Below are positions 33,736 through 45,180 of a DNA stretch of 64,000 nucleotides, one piece after another. The stretch is taken from contig NC_069369.1 of assembly GCF_021730395.1 (NCBI RefSeq), positions 29,869,250 to 29,933,249 of the forward strand, in the 5' to 3' direction. The DNA is from Mercenaria mercenaria. Taxonomy: Eukaryota. Below the pieces are notes generated by a model. It worked only from the letters and a program-made list of their open reading frames with translations. It was not told the DNA's origin and made no database searches. Position numbers and translations under genes: made by a program. How positions within the stretch are numbered: the stretch's first letter is position 1; each line of letters begins with the position of its first letter.

Positions 33736-35224
33736 TCTTTGGTAATATGCACCCTAAATGTAGGATTGTTCAATGTTCTTTTTGTGTTGAAAAAAAAACT
33801 TGAAATTTGTCTGAAATCATAGACTGTAAACTTACCTGAAGTATTGAGAAATATTAATATCACTGTGTATCAGGCTTTCCATAGTTGACACTTTTTTATG
33901 ATTACACCGGTATCATGGGAAACAACTTTGACGTGTCAGATTTCAACATGGCATCATACTCATCGGGAATTAATGAACAATAACCAGATAATTAAAGTTT
34001 TAAGAATTCAATTCATTATAATAATGAGGAAGGATGTAGGAAGCAGCAAAAAAATAAAAAACTGAGGTGAATTGTTTTCTTTAGTTTCGTTCGTTTTGCG
34101 CATGTTAAGTACCCTGGTATCATGAGAAACCAGGCTACCATGCCTTTCTGTTTTATCAACAGATTTCATTCGGTACACCAAATCTGTAAATTAACAGACT
34201 GAAAAGTCTTGAAATTAACCGTTAAAAAGAACCTAAATCCGAAAAAAATATATAATCCAGTAATTCACCGTATTCTAGAAAATTATGTTTGGATATCCCC
34301 AAGGATAGGTATGAAAAAATATTCCAAAAAGTTTCCTTCATTTTAAACATGTTTGACATTTTGATTTTGCAATAATACCTTTGTGATTTATGTTCTGTCG
34401 AATGCTATGATGCTAGCTGCATGTCATGGCAAAATTTCTTGAGAAATTGGAAATTTCACAACACTTGCAAATTATTTTTGTGCTGAGACTTGCAAAACTG
34501 TCACCTCCTTCGTGGAGAATACTTGTGTAACGAAATGAACAATAATACGGTGGGGAGGTCGCTATAAAACCCGAAAAGTTTAGGTTGCAAATTCAAATTG
34601 TATAACTTAATTACCATCTAGAAAACAAAGAAGTTTGTTCCAGTTAGATCTACTCCTATTCGATGACCACTAAAGCTTAAATAACGATTTCCAAAAAGAG
34701 CTCCTCCAAAACTAGAGAGTTCAGTTGATGTACTGGTTTGTGTACTGTAATTTAATGTGAAATTATAGCCAATTCTGAATCTGCAAAACACGTGCTGTTG
34801 TTATTAAACATGTACTTTTTTACATTTCATTTAAAGAATGGACATTGAACATCATGTGTCGAAAAAATCATGCGATTCTATAAAATATTGAATTTGTTAT
34901 CATAATTTTATCAAACCCCTTAAAAGTGTGCTTCAAAAGCTTTTGAAGTGAAATTTAGCTTTAAATTTTGAGGGTAGGGAGAGAAAAATGCATTTATTAG
35001 TGAACTGTGACAATCTGTAGTGTTTCTGACTGTTTGAAACGATGAAATAGTCATCCGACTACACTAAAGCAGATGCTGCGTTAAAACATTGATATTTTTC
35101 GAGAATAATTTCGGAAAATCACAATTTTTTGGTATTCTAGCATAAAAAACAAAGACAAATACTAAACAGGGAATGCCACGCACCAAAAACGCAGCCTCCC
35201 CAAAACGAAACCCACAGCACGCAG

Positions 35225-35290
35225 ACGTGCACACCACAAACACACACACACATACATGCGCGCGCACACACAAAGCCAACACAAGAAGAC
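35225..35290. repeat. (CA)n-rich microsatellite / low complexity
   Basis: cacacacacacatacatgcgcgcgcacacacaaagcc. The surrounding ORFs 35064..35386 are artefacts. Confidence 0.9.
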
Positions 35291-35534
35291 AAAACGAACA
35301 AACAAAGGAACACAGTGGGGCACCGCCTTGGAACGGTCAGTGCCAAAAACACCACTGGGGAGCTTAAACCGGTTCATGGTGCGCACCCAACCTCACTCTT
35401 ACCCCAACCATGTTCCAAAGACACGGGACAGTGTAAATAAAAGTAATCTCCTCCAGGTGAATCTCTAACACACGTAATGGAAAGAAAAAGGCATGGCATG
35501 TAAAACATAAAAATGCTCGTGTATAAATATATAA

Positions 35535-36360
35535 AAAGCAAGCCTAAAACTGCTGTTCTTTCACTTTTCGGGTGTGTTTTAACAGGAGAGAAAACGTGTG
35601 TTAACAGAGAGATTCTCGCGCTCACGTGCTGTTATAACACCTTTTTATATATGCGCGTTCCGTGGCAAAGTGTAAACGTCATTCGTCCCGAAAACGGATA
35701 ATTAAAAACGAAAAAACGTAGAAAGCAACCCAGACATTCTTGCGCATTTCGTGGAAATCTAATGACGCTGAGAGACATTGTATCAATTTGTAGGGATAAC
35801 GCATGTTTTCTCGTGTTATAACGTCTGCAGAATCCCGAGGGATGCTGCATATGTTATAACACGAAATCAACATGCGCTAACGCTATTCTAGCATAAAATG
35901 CGAAAAAAAAAAAACTAATAAATTAAGACATTGTCACTCAACGTCGTTAGATTTCCATGAAACGCGCGGAAACGTCTGCGTTGTTTTTTCACGTTGACGT
36001 CATTTCCATTTGAATTATCCGTTTTGGGGCCGTAATACGTTTACGCTCTGCCACGGAACGTGCATATATAAAAAGGTGTTATAACAGCACGCGAGCGCGA
36101 GAATCTCTCTGTTAACACACGTTTTCTCTCCTGTTAAAACACCCCCGAAAAGTGACAAGAACAGCAGTTTTATGCTGGAATATCAGTTTTTACGCGTGTT
36201 ATGCTAGAGTAGCGTTAGCGCATGTTCATTTCGTGTTATAACATTTGCAGAATCCCTCGGGATACGTTGGTACCCTCGCCCTAACGGGCTCTGGCACCAG
36301 CCAATCCCTTGGCATTCTGCAGATGTTATAACACGAAAAAGCATGCGTTATCCCTACAAT
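35535..36360. repeat. Complex foldback region: 165-bp inverted arms (35535-35700 vs 36000-36180) plus nested inverted and direct repeats sharing the motif TGTTATAACA(C/T) at least 6 times
   Basis: aaacgtgtgttaacagagagattctcgcgctcacgtgctgttataacacctttttatatatgcgcgttccgtggcaaagtgtaaacgt is mirrored at 36040-36130. A second inverted pair lies at 35760-35890 vs 36190-36360. Confidence 0.75.
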
Positions 36361-36442
36361 ATTGCTCGATATTAGTTTATTAAAACACATTGTTTCAAAT
36401 GCAGCATTCATTTTCTAGCACCTCAAATAGGTTTCTTCTTAA

Positions 36443-36474
<32 letters not shown>

Positions 36475-36508
36475 TGTATAAATGTAAACAGCACGAATAA
36501 TCACTGTT

Positions 36509-36545
<37 letters not shown>
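36443..36545. repeat. Poly(A) of about 27 nt followed by (AT)19 microsatellite
   Basis: Read directly in the sequence. Confidence 0.95.
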
Positions 36546-36550
<5 letters not shown>

Positions 36551-37974
36551 ACATATTTAACTGGTACCCACCGACCTTTTTATGATTACAAGATAGCATA
36601 TCTTTGACATATTTTTAAATCTTTGCAATATTTTATTAAATTATTGCTCTCAACAATGATACATAGACATACCTATAACATTGAAGCCTGACAAGAAATG
36701 CAATATTCTGTATAATCCAAAGGGTTGTACTTTTTGATATTTTACAAAATTTGGTGCCTTTTCAGTAATGTATTTTCTATAAGCAAAATGATTACAAAAT
36801 TTCGCAATTTTACAGACATTCAAAATTACATATCTCAAAAAGTATAAAAGTTATATGAATGATCTTTACACCATTTTGTTGCTAAAGATATGGGCTTTTA
36901 ACCTAATTTAAATTCAAGAGAAAAGGAATTGAAATAAAAATTCACACGAAACCCTTACCAAAACCGTTTTTCCGATTTAGATATACATCTTATTTCACTC
37001 CGTTTTTGCTCGCGTGACCATTCACCAAAGTTGTGCATATTGTTCTAATATGTTAAGTATGCAAATAGCCACCAGAGTTGAAAGAATTTCAATTACTGGC
37101 ATAGAAAAATTCCTTGGGTGATCCAAAGAAGCAATATCCCCACTCGCTTAGATTGCCAGTCACAAATATAAAACAACATGAATTATTTTGACTAGGGTTT
37201 AACGCAAAGGTGTCGTAATCTGTTCTTTAAATTCACTGTGTTCGACGGTTTTTCCATTTTTTCCGTTTAGCTCTCAACTTATCAGAAATTTTCCACGAAA
37301 TTTTGAACATTTAGTTTTACACAAATGTTCCTTGGATGTCACTCTTTCAATATTGCAATGTCCCGTATTTACAATAATTTTACATAAACGAATCTTGGAA
37401 GAGTGTCCAAATTATCTGCAAAAACATTTTTCTTGGACCTGCTAGGAATGTGCGTATTATTCTTATTTGATAAAAGATGTCCAACAGAGCTTAAATAAGA
37501 AAACATCTTCAAATGACACCTCCATTAAAACCATTTATCGGATTCTGAAATAATTTCATAGAAATGTGTTTTTTAAAACACTTTACCAAGACTATTTAGA
37601 TCTATCAGAAACATGGCCACCAGATGGCCGCGTGGTCACATATCTTTTTCTCTATACGGTGGAACTTTGAACAATAAAAGTGTTTTGCACAAACACTTGT
37701 TTTTGTCAGATAGAAATTCAACATTTCTGTACTACATGTACAGAAAGCTGCATGATCTTCTAATAAAAATGACAAAGCTGTTTGAACTATGAAACTCATA
37801 TGAGCCATTTAGGATCATAAAATGGCCCTGTCGCTTTAATCACTCCATGCCTTAACATATTTTAAACATTCTTAGACACTTGTAGTTATTTTTATCATTT
37901 GATCCTTTGACTTTAGTCTTGATAGTGTTATTTGAAAACAGAACAAAATCCCGCTAACGTTTATACGAAAACAA

Positions 37975-39375
37975 GAGGGCCATGATGGCCCTATATCGCT
38001 CACCTGTTATCATTCCACTTGAGGACAAGAAGGTCCTCAGAAAAAAGTCCAAATGACAGGAACAACAAAGGGAAGAAATTTAACCAAAAAGAAAAAAAAT
38101 TCTTACAAGGTACAGATATGTCAAAAAATTGGAGGTACCATCCATGTTGTACCACAGAAAAGTCGTCTCGGTTTTTCCCTACGGCCAATAATAAAAAAGT
38201 TACTAAAAATAAGCTATTTATAGTAACGTTAAAGGGAAGTAGTTAAAAAAAATTATTGTAAGCGAAGGATCTGCCAAATAAATATGTTGACAATAATGAA
38301 ATTTCAGATCAGTATCTTCATTAGTTACGGAGATATGCCCTGTTTAATTTGAAATAAAGGGAGGTAATTTGACATAAAATCAGTCCATATTTATCTACCC
38401 TGATTGGCACAGTCCAACTAATGACAATAATGAAATTTCAAATAAGTCCTATAAGTACTTACTGATATAAATCCATTTTGATTACAATCAGGGGAGATAA
38501 TCAGATATAAAATAACTCTGGAACCTACGATTGGATCTGATTTGTCATGGAATCCAAGATTTATTGTTGTTGAAGATATTTTGGAAGTTTGTATCAAATA
38601 AAACAATAAATGAAGTCTCTATATGGCTGCAAAAGCCAAAATAGCCAATTTTGGACCTTTCAGGGGCCATAACTGTGGAACCCATGATGGAGTCTGGCCA
38701 GTTCAGAAAAGGAACCAAGATCTTGTGGTAATACAAGTTGTGTGCAAGTCTGGTTAAAATCAAATCATAAATGAAGCTGCTATTGTGCAGACAAGGTCAA
38801 AATAGCTAAATTTGACCCTTTCAGGGGCCATAACTCTGGAACCCATAATAGAATCTCGCCAGTTGAAGAAAGGAACCAAGATCTTATGGTGATACAAGTT
38901 GTTTGCAAGTTTGGTTAAAACAAAATCATAAATGAAGCTGCTAGACAAGGTCAAAATAGCTAATTCTGGTCCTTTCAGGGGCCATAACTCTGGAACCCAT
39001 AAGGAATCTGGCCAGTTCAAGAAAGGAACCAAGATCTTATAGTTTTACAAGTTGTGTGCCAGTTTGGTAAAAATCAAATTATAAATAAAGCTGCTATTGT
39101 GCAGACAAGGTCAAAATAGCTAATTTTGGCCCTTTCAGGGGCCATAACTCTGGAACCCGAAATGGGATCTGGCCAGTTCAAGAAAGGAACCGAGATCTTA
39201 TGGTGATACAAGTTGTGTGCAAGTTTGGTTTAAACAAAATTATAAATGAAACCATTATCGTGCAGACAAGAAATTGTTGACACACGCACGGACGCACGGG
39301 CTGACGACGGACGACGGACGAACGGTGATCACAAAAGCTCACCTTGTCACTATGTGACAGGTGAGCTAATAAAAA
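37975..39375. mobile_element. Satellite-carrying element, second type: header AACAAGAGGGCCATGATGGCCCT..CGCTCACCTGT, internal array of about 165-175-bp units (about 38270-39250), tail with (ACGGACG)n and GTGACAGGTGAGC (inverted match to the header end)
   Basis: Monomers ataaatgaagctgct.....gacaaggtcaaaatagctaa.tttg.ccctttcaggggccataactctggaacccat.a..gaatct.gccagtt.aagaaaggaaccaagatcttatgg. ORFs 38418-39032 (minus) are artefacts of the repeat. Confidence 0.75.
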
Positions 39376-41159
39376 TAAAAAGCTCAATTATCTTAAAATT
39401 GTATTTTATAGTTTCCATCACCATTCAGCTACAAATGAGCGCAAGAATATATGTTTGCTGAAAAAGGTCAAAACTTTGTAAATCAAAGTGTTAGAAAGTA
39501 ATAGTATCAGTCTCAATGGCCATTAACGTATAGTGGCTCGTTTATGACATGTTGACTGTCACATTTGCGCATCCGCCAGAACGACAAGAAGACAACACGA
39601 GAAACCATTTCCGCCGCGTTTTCTTGTTGAACGACAGCACGAGGACACGATAAAGGCAGGGCGACGAAACCACAAATTTTGATGTTGTGTTGGCTCCTTA
39701 GTTTATTATGGCCCCGTAGTAATAGGGCAAGGCAAGTAAGTATCACATTAAACGATATAAAATAGCGAGTTTATGTGACTTGTAAATGAACATACCAGTT
39801 TTATACAGAATTTCCACGACAAATTTCTTACAGTTACAGTTTTTATTTGGCAAATTGGTATTATCATACTTTTGGCCAATTAAACAATTGTAAGTGATGG
39901 TTATGGCCAAGACATACAACGACATACACAAGATGCATTTAAGGTGGAATGCGCCCCAAAATTTTTTTCCGAATTTCGTCCTGAAATTTATACTATACAA
40001 AATTCAGGATATATGCGATTAGGTTCCGATTTTACTTTGTCGCCATATTGTTCGAGTTTTTTGCTATTGTGTCACAAACATGGCCCCTGGCGTCACTTTT
40101 CGTGCAACGCCCAGTTCCGAATGCTCTCAGCATTTTTCCTTTCCTGCGCTCTGAATGTCATAAAAATGAAAAATACAAAATAATTGTCACTTTGCATTTA
40201 GAAAATGCTACTCAATGGTACAAAATTCAGCGAAATAAGATTGACGCTTAAGACGTCAGAGGCGATATTGTGACGTCAGAACGGAAAAACTCACATCAAG
40301 TTTTGCTATAAATTTTGCCTTAAAATCCAGTTTATAAAAAATCGGCTCGATAAAAAAATGTATAACTTTGGTATGTTGTTTCGCAGTATGTGAACGTCTA
40401 GCAGACATATAAATACTTAGGGGTCACCGACTTTCATTTTTCAATATTTGACGATATTTTACCCCTACCCCATTAAGAAATTTCACGCTAAATCGTGTTT
40501 TATTTAACAAAATAATCTAAATAGTATGCGAAGTTGCACGTATCAACGGTAAATCGGAAAGTATTGAGAGACATAAGGGGAGATTCGCTAAGAAAGTGTT
40601 AAAGAAAAAGTCAGATATTTTAAAACATGTAATAAATTGAAACATTCAGTGATTACGGACATGTTCCGAAAAGAAGAATTGTAGATATGAAATATCTTGG
40701 TGAGATATTTGATAAAGGGTGTAAATCATGTTAACGACATGTCGTATCTAAGGATATTATCGAAAAAAAACTTTGTTCATTGGTTAAATTTAAGTGTTCA
40801 GAATGTGAACACGAAACTATAATTTCTACATCCAGGACATTCGGAGAAACAGATAGGACTTTTACTAAATCTCCGTACTCCGTAAATCTGAACACTGCAA
40901 CTGGTGAGGGTTTTATAACATCTTTTCTAGTATTTATTACTTTATTAAGAGTTTGTTACTGCACTTGATTAAAAGGTTTCCGCCAAGAAATGAATTCTTT
41001 GCATCGGACCTGCAGCTGTGCTTAATTGTAATAAAAAGACACTCAAGAATAAATTCTCTGCGTCGGACCAGCTGCAATACTTTATCGTCATCTGAAGATA
41101 TGTCTTTCAGAAATAAAGTCTCTTCACTGGACTAGCTACTCTACCTAACTGTGACCTCT

Positions 41160-41166
41160 CTGTCAC

Positions 41167-41217
<51 letters not shown>

Positions 41218-41225
41218 GTCTCTCC
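41160..41225. repeat. (CTGT)8(CT)9 compound microsatellite
   Basis: Read directly in the sequence. Confidence 0.95.
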
Positions 41226-41345
41226 GGTGGGGCTCAAACTCCGAAACTCGCGCTCCAGAGGCGAACGCTCTTCCACTGAGCTATAATTGCACACGATTCC
41301 ATTTTCAGTGAAGTCATCTTGTCTGGAGCGTCCGCCTCCGGTGCG
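41225..41345 (-). mobile_element. tRNA-derived SINE-head fragment (box A TAGCTCAGTGGAAGAGCG, box-B-like GAGTTTGAGCCCC) with an inverted partial second copy
   Basis: Revcomp TTATAGCTCAGTGGAAGAGCGTTCGCCTCTGGAGCGCGAGTTTCGGAGTTTGAGCCCCACC. 5' and 3' ends do not pair, so it is not a functional tRNA. Confidence 0.5.
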
Positions 41346-41876
41346 AAATATCATGACTTTGATCGCCAGTCGTTTACCAAGAATGTGAAAAATGATACCA
41401 TTTGCTCAGCTTTATGCGGATAGAATAGACTCTTTTCTCAACTCGTAATCTCGCATGAATGAGATGTGGAGATTGATGTCTAAATTAGTAGAATTTATTT
41501 CATGATTCACCATAAATTAATTAGTGTAAAAAATAATAATTTCTTATCAGATATAGGATCCGATATACTATTTTCGTGCTGATTATACATGTAAAGTGGA
41601 GCAACCGTCTGCCATGCGTCGATAAATATTTCTGGTAAAATCAGGCAAATGCTCATTTCATAAAATTACATTTGAACGAACTTTCTAAATGTTAAAAACA
41701 TGTTAAAGTACCTATTTTCACGATATTAAATCGACAACGGACCACATACAAGCCTTTTTACAAAGCTAAGTTAGCATTTGCAAGAGACTGTGTGAACGTT
41801 AAACTATTCTTCAACTTTTGAATTTGCATTTTGAAAACATCAATAGGAAATAAACAATAGATAGTAAATAGTGGAT

Positions 41877-42720
41877 ATTGTCCGTAAGTATTGACCTGGC
41901 ACTCATGAATATTCCGTACATTTCCGTAATTTAATTCTCCGTGCCCGGACCTAAATAGCATAAATATTTCTTGATGATAAACAAAATATCGCATGTTTAA
42001 GTAGCTGCGGGGACAAACCGATTATCCATCAATCTCGGGTTGTGGGTTCGACTTCTCTGTCTGATAATCTATTTTTCAAATTTCATCTCCAAATTTTACA
42101 GGCCGGAAAATTAAAACTTACCTGATCAAATTTTATGGTTCATTTATTGAAAGAAATACACTTGTATTCACTATATTTTGTAGAATGTGTCGAGTAAAGG
42201 TATCTTAGATAAAAAGACAAATTACTCCCGAAAATTGATACTACAAGTGAAAACAAATTAAAATGCGTGAATATTGTCGCAAAGATATGTAAGAATACAA
42301 GCAATAACGATAACACTATATTACATTTTGTACATTGAATATACAAAAATGGTCTGAGGTAATTTTGAACCCGCGCAACGTGCATGGAAGTAAGACAGTT
42401 AATCATAAAGGTTATTTGTGTAATAATAGATCTTTTCAGGATACAATATTGCGTAATTTAAAAGTAACGAAAGCGCCCGAAAATATTAGTGAAGATTAAT
42501 GAGTGCCAGGTCAATACTTACGGACAATAGTATAAAACATACATTTTGTCAAAAGTGTTTACCCGTGGTAACGTGCGTGGAAGTCAGACGGTTAACTATA
42601 AAGGTTATTTGTGTACTAATAGATCTTTTAAGGATACAATATTGCGTAAAGTAACGAAAACGCCCGAAAATATCAGCGAAGATTAATGAGTGCCCGGTCA
42701 ATACTTACGGACAAAAATAT
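41877..42720. mobile_element. MITE family C nested in the large inverted-repeat element: about 27-bp inverted termini GTCCGTAAGTATTGACCTGGCACTCAT, with the right end tandemly duplicated (42420-42520 and 42600-42720)
   Basis: 41877 gtccgtaagtattgacctggcactcat is inverted at 42488-42513 and 42684-42709. The internal ..gggttcgacttctctgtctgata block is shared with the copy at 50690-50720. Confidence 0.65.
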
Positions 42721-44039
42721 TAAGTATATACATTTTTTTCAAAGTTGTTTTCTTTTCTTCTGCACTTCAGATCGAATATATCGTGAACATTTCTTATAAT
42801 AAATACATCTCGTTTTTAACACGAACGTAAGTTGTGCAAGTTGAAAACGCATTCTTTTTAACTCTAACATGATATAGCCTAAAACCATGTGGGGGTGGGG
42901 GTAAAGTTATATTATATTGCGAAAAATAGAAGTCGGTGACCCCTAAGTATTAATGTGTCTGTTAGACGACCACATACTGTGAAACAACATACCAAAGTTA
43001 TACATTTTTTTATCGAGCCGATTTTTTGTAAACTGGATTTTAAGGCAAAATTTATAGCAAAACTTGATATGAGTTTTTTCGTTCTGACGTCACAATATCG
43101 TCTTTGATGTTTTAGGCATCAATCTTATTTCGCTGATTTTTGTACCATTGAGTAGCATTTTCTGTACGCAAAGTGATAATTAGTTTGTATTTTTCATTTT
43201 TATGACATTCAGAACGCAGGAAAGGAAAAATGCCGAGAGCATTCGGAACTGGGCGTTGCACGAAAAGTGACGTCAGGGGGCCATGTTTGTGACACAATAG
43301 CAAAAAACTCGAACAATATGGCGACAAAGTAAAATCGGAACCTAATCGCATATATCCTGAATTTTGTATAGTATAAATTCCAGGACGAAATTCGGAAAAA
43401 AAATTTGGGGCGCATTCCACCTTAAACATAATCAAATGCAATATCTTGAAAAATACTTTTATAAGCACGCAAAGATATATATAGCATTAAAGTAGCCGCT
43501 TCCGTTTCAAGTGTTAACTTCCTAAGCTGAAAAGTCACACACATACATTTTGCAGTGTTATATAACCTAGATTTACATTCAGATGACATAATATTTACGA
43601 ATTTCTGCACACTAGCCCATGCACAGTGACCATAGCGAAATGTCTACTTATTATTGGTTTTAACGTACGTATTAACTTTATACATAAATCATCAGGGGGC
43701 TCCACATGATTCATATAAACGAATAGGTGTTTTTCAAAGATGCAATAAATAATAATGCCATCAAAATAGTTCGTTATGCAACATAAATATTACTGAGATT
43801 ATACAATCGAGTCATTATAATAGTAGCTTCATCTGGGATGCTGTATTCGGCTCGACGGTTGATCCGACCTGGCTAAATCCACTCAAGCCGAATACAAAGT
43901 TCCAGATCTAGTTACTGTTATAATAATAATGACCATTTTATGATATACCTCTACATTTTTGTTTGTTGTTTTGTTATCGAAACTTTTGATGTTTATTGAT
44001 GTTAAAATATTTATTAAAATAACAAAATATTTATAGCTA

Positions 44040-44355
44040 TCTATCGCACTGTGTCAGGTCATGCATATTAAATGAATGCAGTTCGGCAACATATAATACA
44101 AAAGGTGAAATACGGATTTTTTCCTGCCTTTTTCGTATCTATTTGCGAGATACAACCCGTATTTCGTTAGAATTTATAAGAATATAATAAAACATATTAT
44201 TATATACCTATATAAATTCTGTAAATATCGGCTTGTTTTTCACAAGTAAATATGAACAGGCAGAAAAAAATCCGTTTTGTACATTTTGTATTGTATGTTG
44301 CCGGACTACTTTCATTAATATGCATGACCTGACACAGATCTATAAATAGCGCACA
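44040..44355. repeat. Hairpin/foldback: about 100-bp inverted arms (44040-44140 vs 44255-44355) around a 110-bp loop
   Basis: atctatcgcactgtgtcaggtcatgcatattaaatgaatgcagttcggcaacatataatacaaaaggtgaaatacggatttttt is mirrored downstream. Confidence 0.8.
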
Positions 44356-44959
44356 TACAGCACATACAAACTTCACTATATAAGTTCCATTCAACATCGA
44401 TAAACATTAAAAATTTCGTTCAATAACAAAACAACAAACAAAAAAGGCGGATGTATATAGGTCACAAACAGGTAAATATTTTCCCCTATATATTCTATAT
44501 AAAACTGACATTTTCTAAAGAGCTACCAAACATAGCTAGACCCATTTCAGAGAACAAATCTTTACCTCATTTTAAATAGTTATGATAAATCTGATATAAA
44601 ATGAAGAGAAAAGTAGGGGTCATGTATCTTCTAAGAGATTTCTCTGGTCACATTTGTATACTGTGAAATCACATCCAAATAACACTGCTGTGACCTGTGA
44701 GTACTACTCATACTAAAATTGAGCTTCACTTCACCAAAAACAAACTGCTCTCCCATTTTTCCTACCAAAATGTCAAAAATACATCCACAATGAAATTTAA
44801 ACAGAAACTATCTTTCATTAAGACCTCTGTTGCAATGCCAAGTGAAAAATTAGTGTTCAAATACCTGGCAGCTATTAGGCGACTAGACCAGATGGCTCCC
44901 ACGCTGGTTCCTTTACTTTAGTTAGGCCTATAATAAAAGTGTCATTACAACTATGGTGT

Positions 44960-45180
44960 ACGAACTGGTTCAAAACTCTCAGAAACCGCATCTTGCGGTT
45001 TATAAAACCGCATCTTGCGGTTTAAAACCGCATCTTGCGGTTTATAAAGCGCATCTTGCGGTTTTAAAACTGCATCTTGCGGTTTCTAAACCGCAAGATG
45101 CGCTTTTTATAGTTTTGAACCGGTGTGCACGTTCTATTTATAAACCGCATCATGCGGTTCTTTTATCTTCCATTTCCGCC
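44960..45180. promoter_or_regulatory. Array of seven copies of a 20-21-bp near-palindromic motif AAACCGCATCTTGCGGTTTA (five direct, one inverted, one degenerate), bracketed by inverted GGTTCAAAACT / AGTTTTGAACC
   Basis: Read directly in the sequence. Each unit is CCGCA(A/T)CTTGCGG-centred. ORF 44953..45321 is an artefact. Confidence 0.5.

Larger units (their letters stand above)
39942..43432. mobile_element. 3.5-kb element with terminal inverted repeats of about 495 bp (39942-40435 vs 42935-43432), termini GGTGGAATGCGCCCC.. flanked by TTAA on both sides. The interior holds three about 55-bp direct repeats (40985-41150), a (CTGT)n(CT)n microsatellite, a tRNA-derived fragment and a nested MITE
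   Basis: catttaa|GGTGGAATGCGCCCCAAA ... TTTGGGGCGCATTCCACC|ttaaac. The mirrored ORFs 39944..40183 (plus) and 43112..43468 (minus) give the same peptide, i.e. they are inverted-repeat artefacts. Confidence 0.8.

Noticed and set aside
38418-39032. ORFs 38418..38606, 38545..38763, 38760..39032 (minus) with a shared LNWPDSIMGS peptide
   Set aside because: They are successive monomers of a 165-175-bp satellite array inside a transposon-like carrier.
39944-43468. ORFs 39944..40183(+), 40048..40251(+), 43112..43468(-), 43209..43415(-) encoding near-identical peptides
   Set aside because: They lie in the two arms of a 500-bp terminal inverted repeat, so the same peptide arises on opposite strands. 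No splice or start support.
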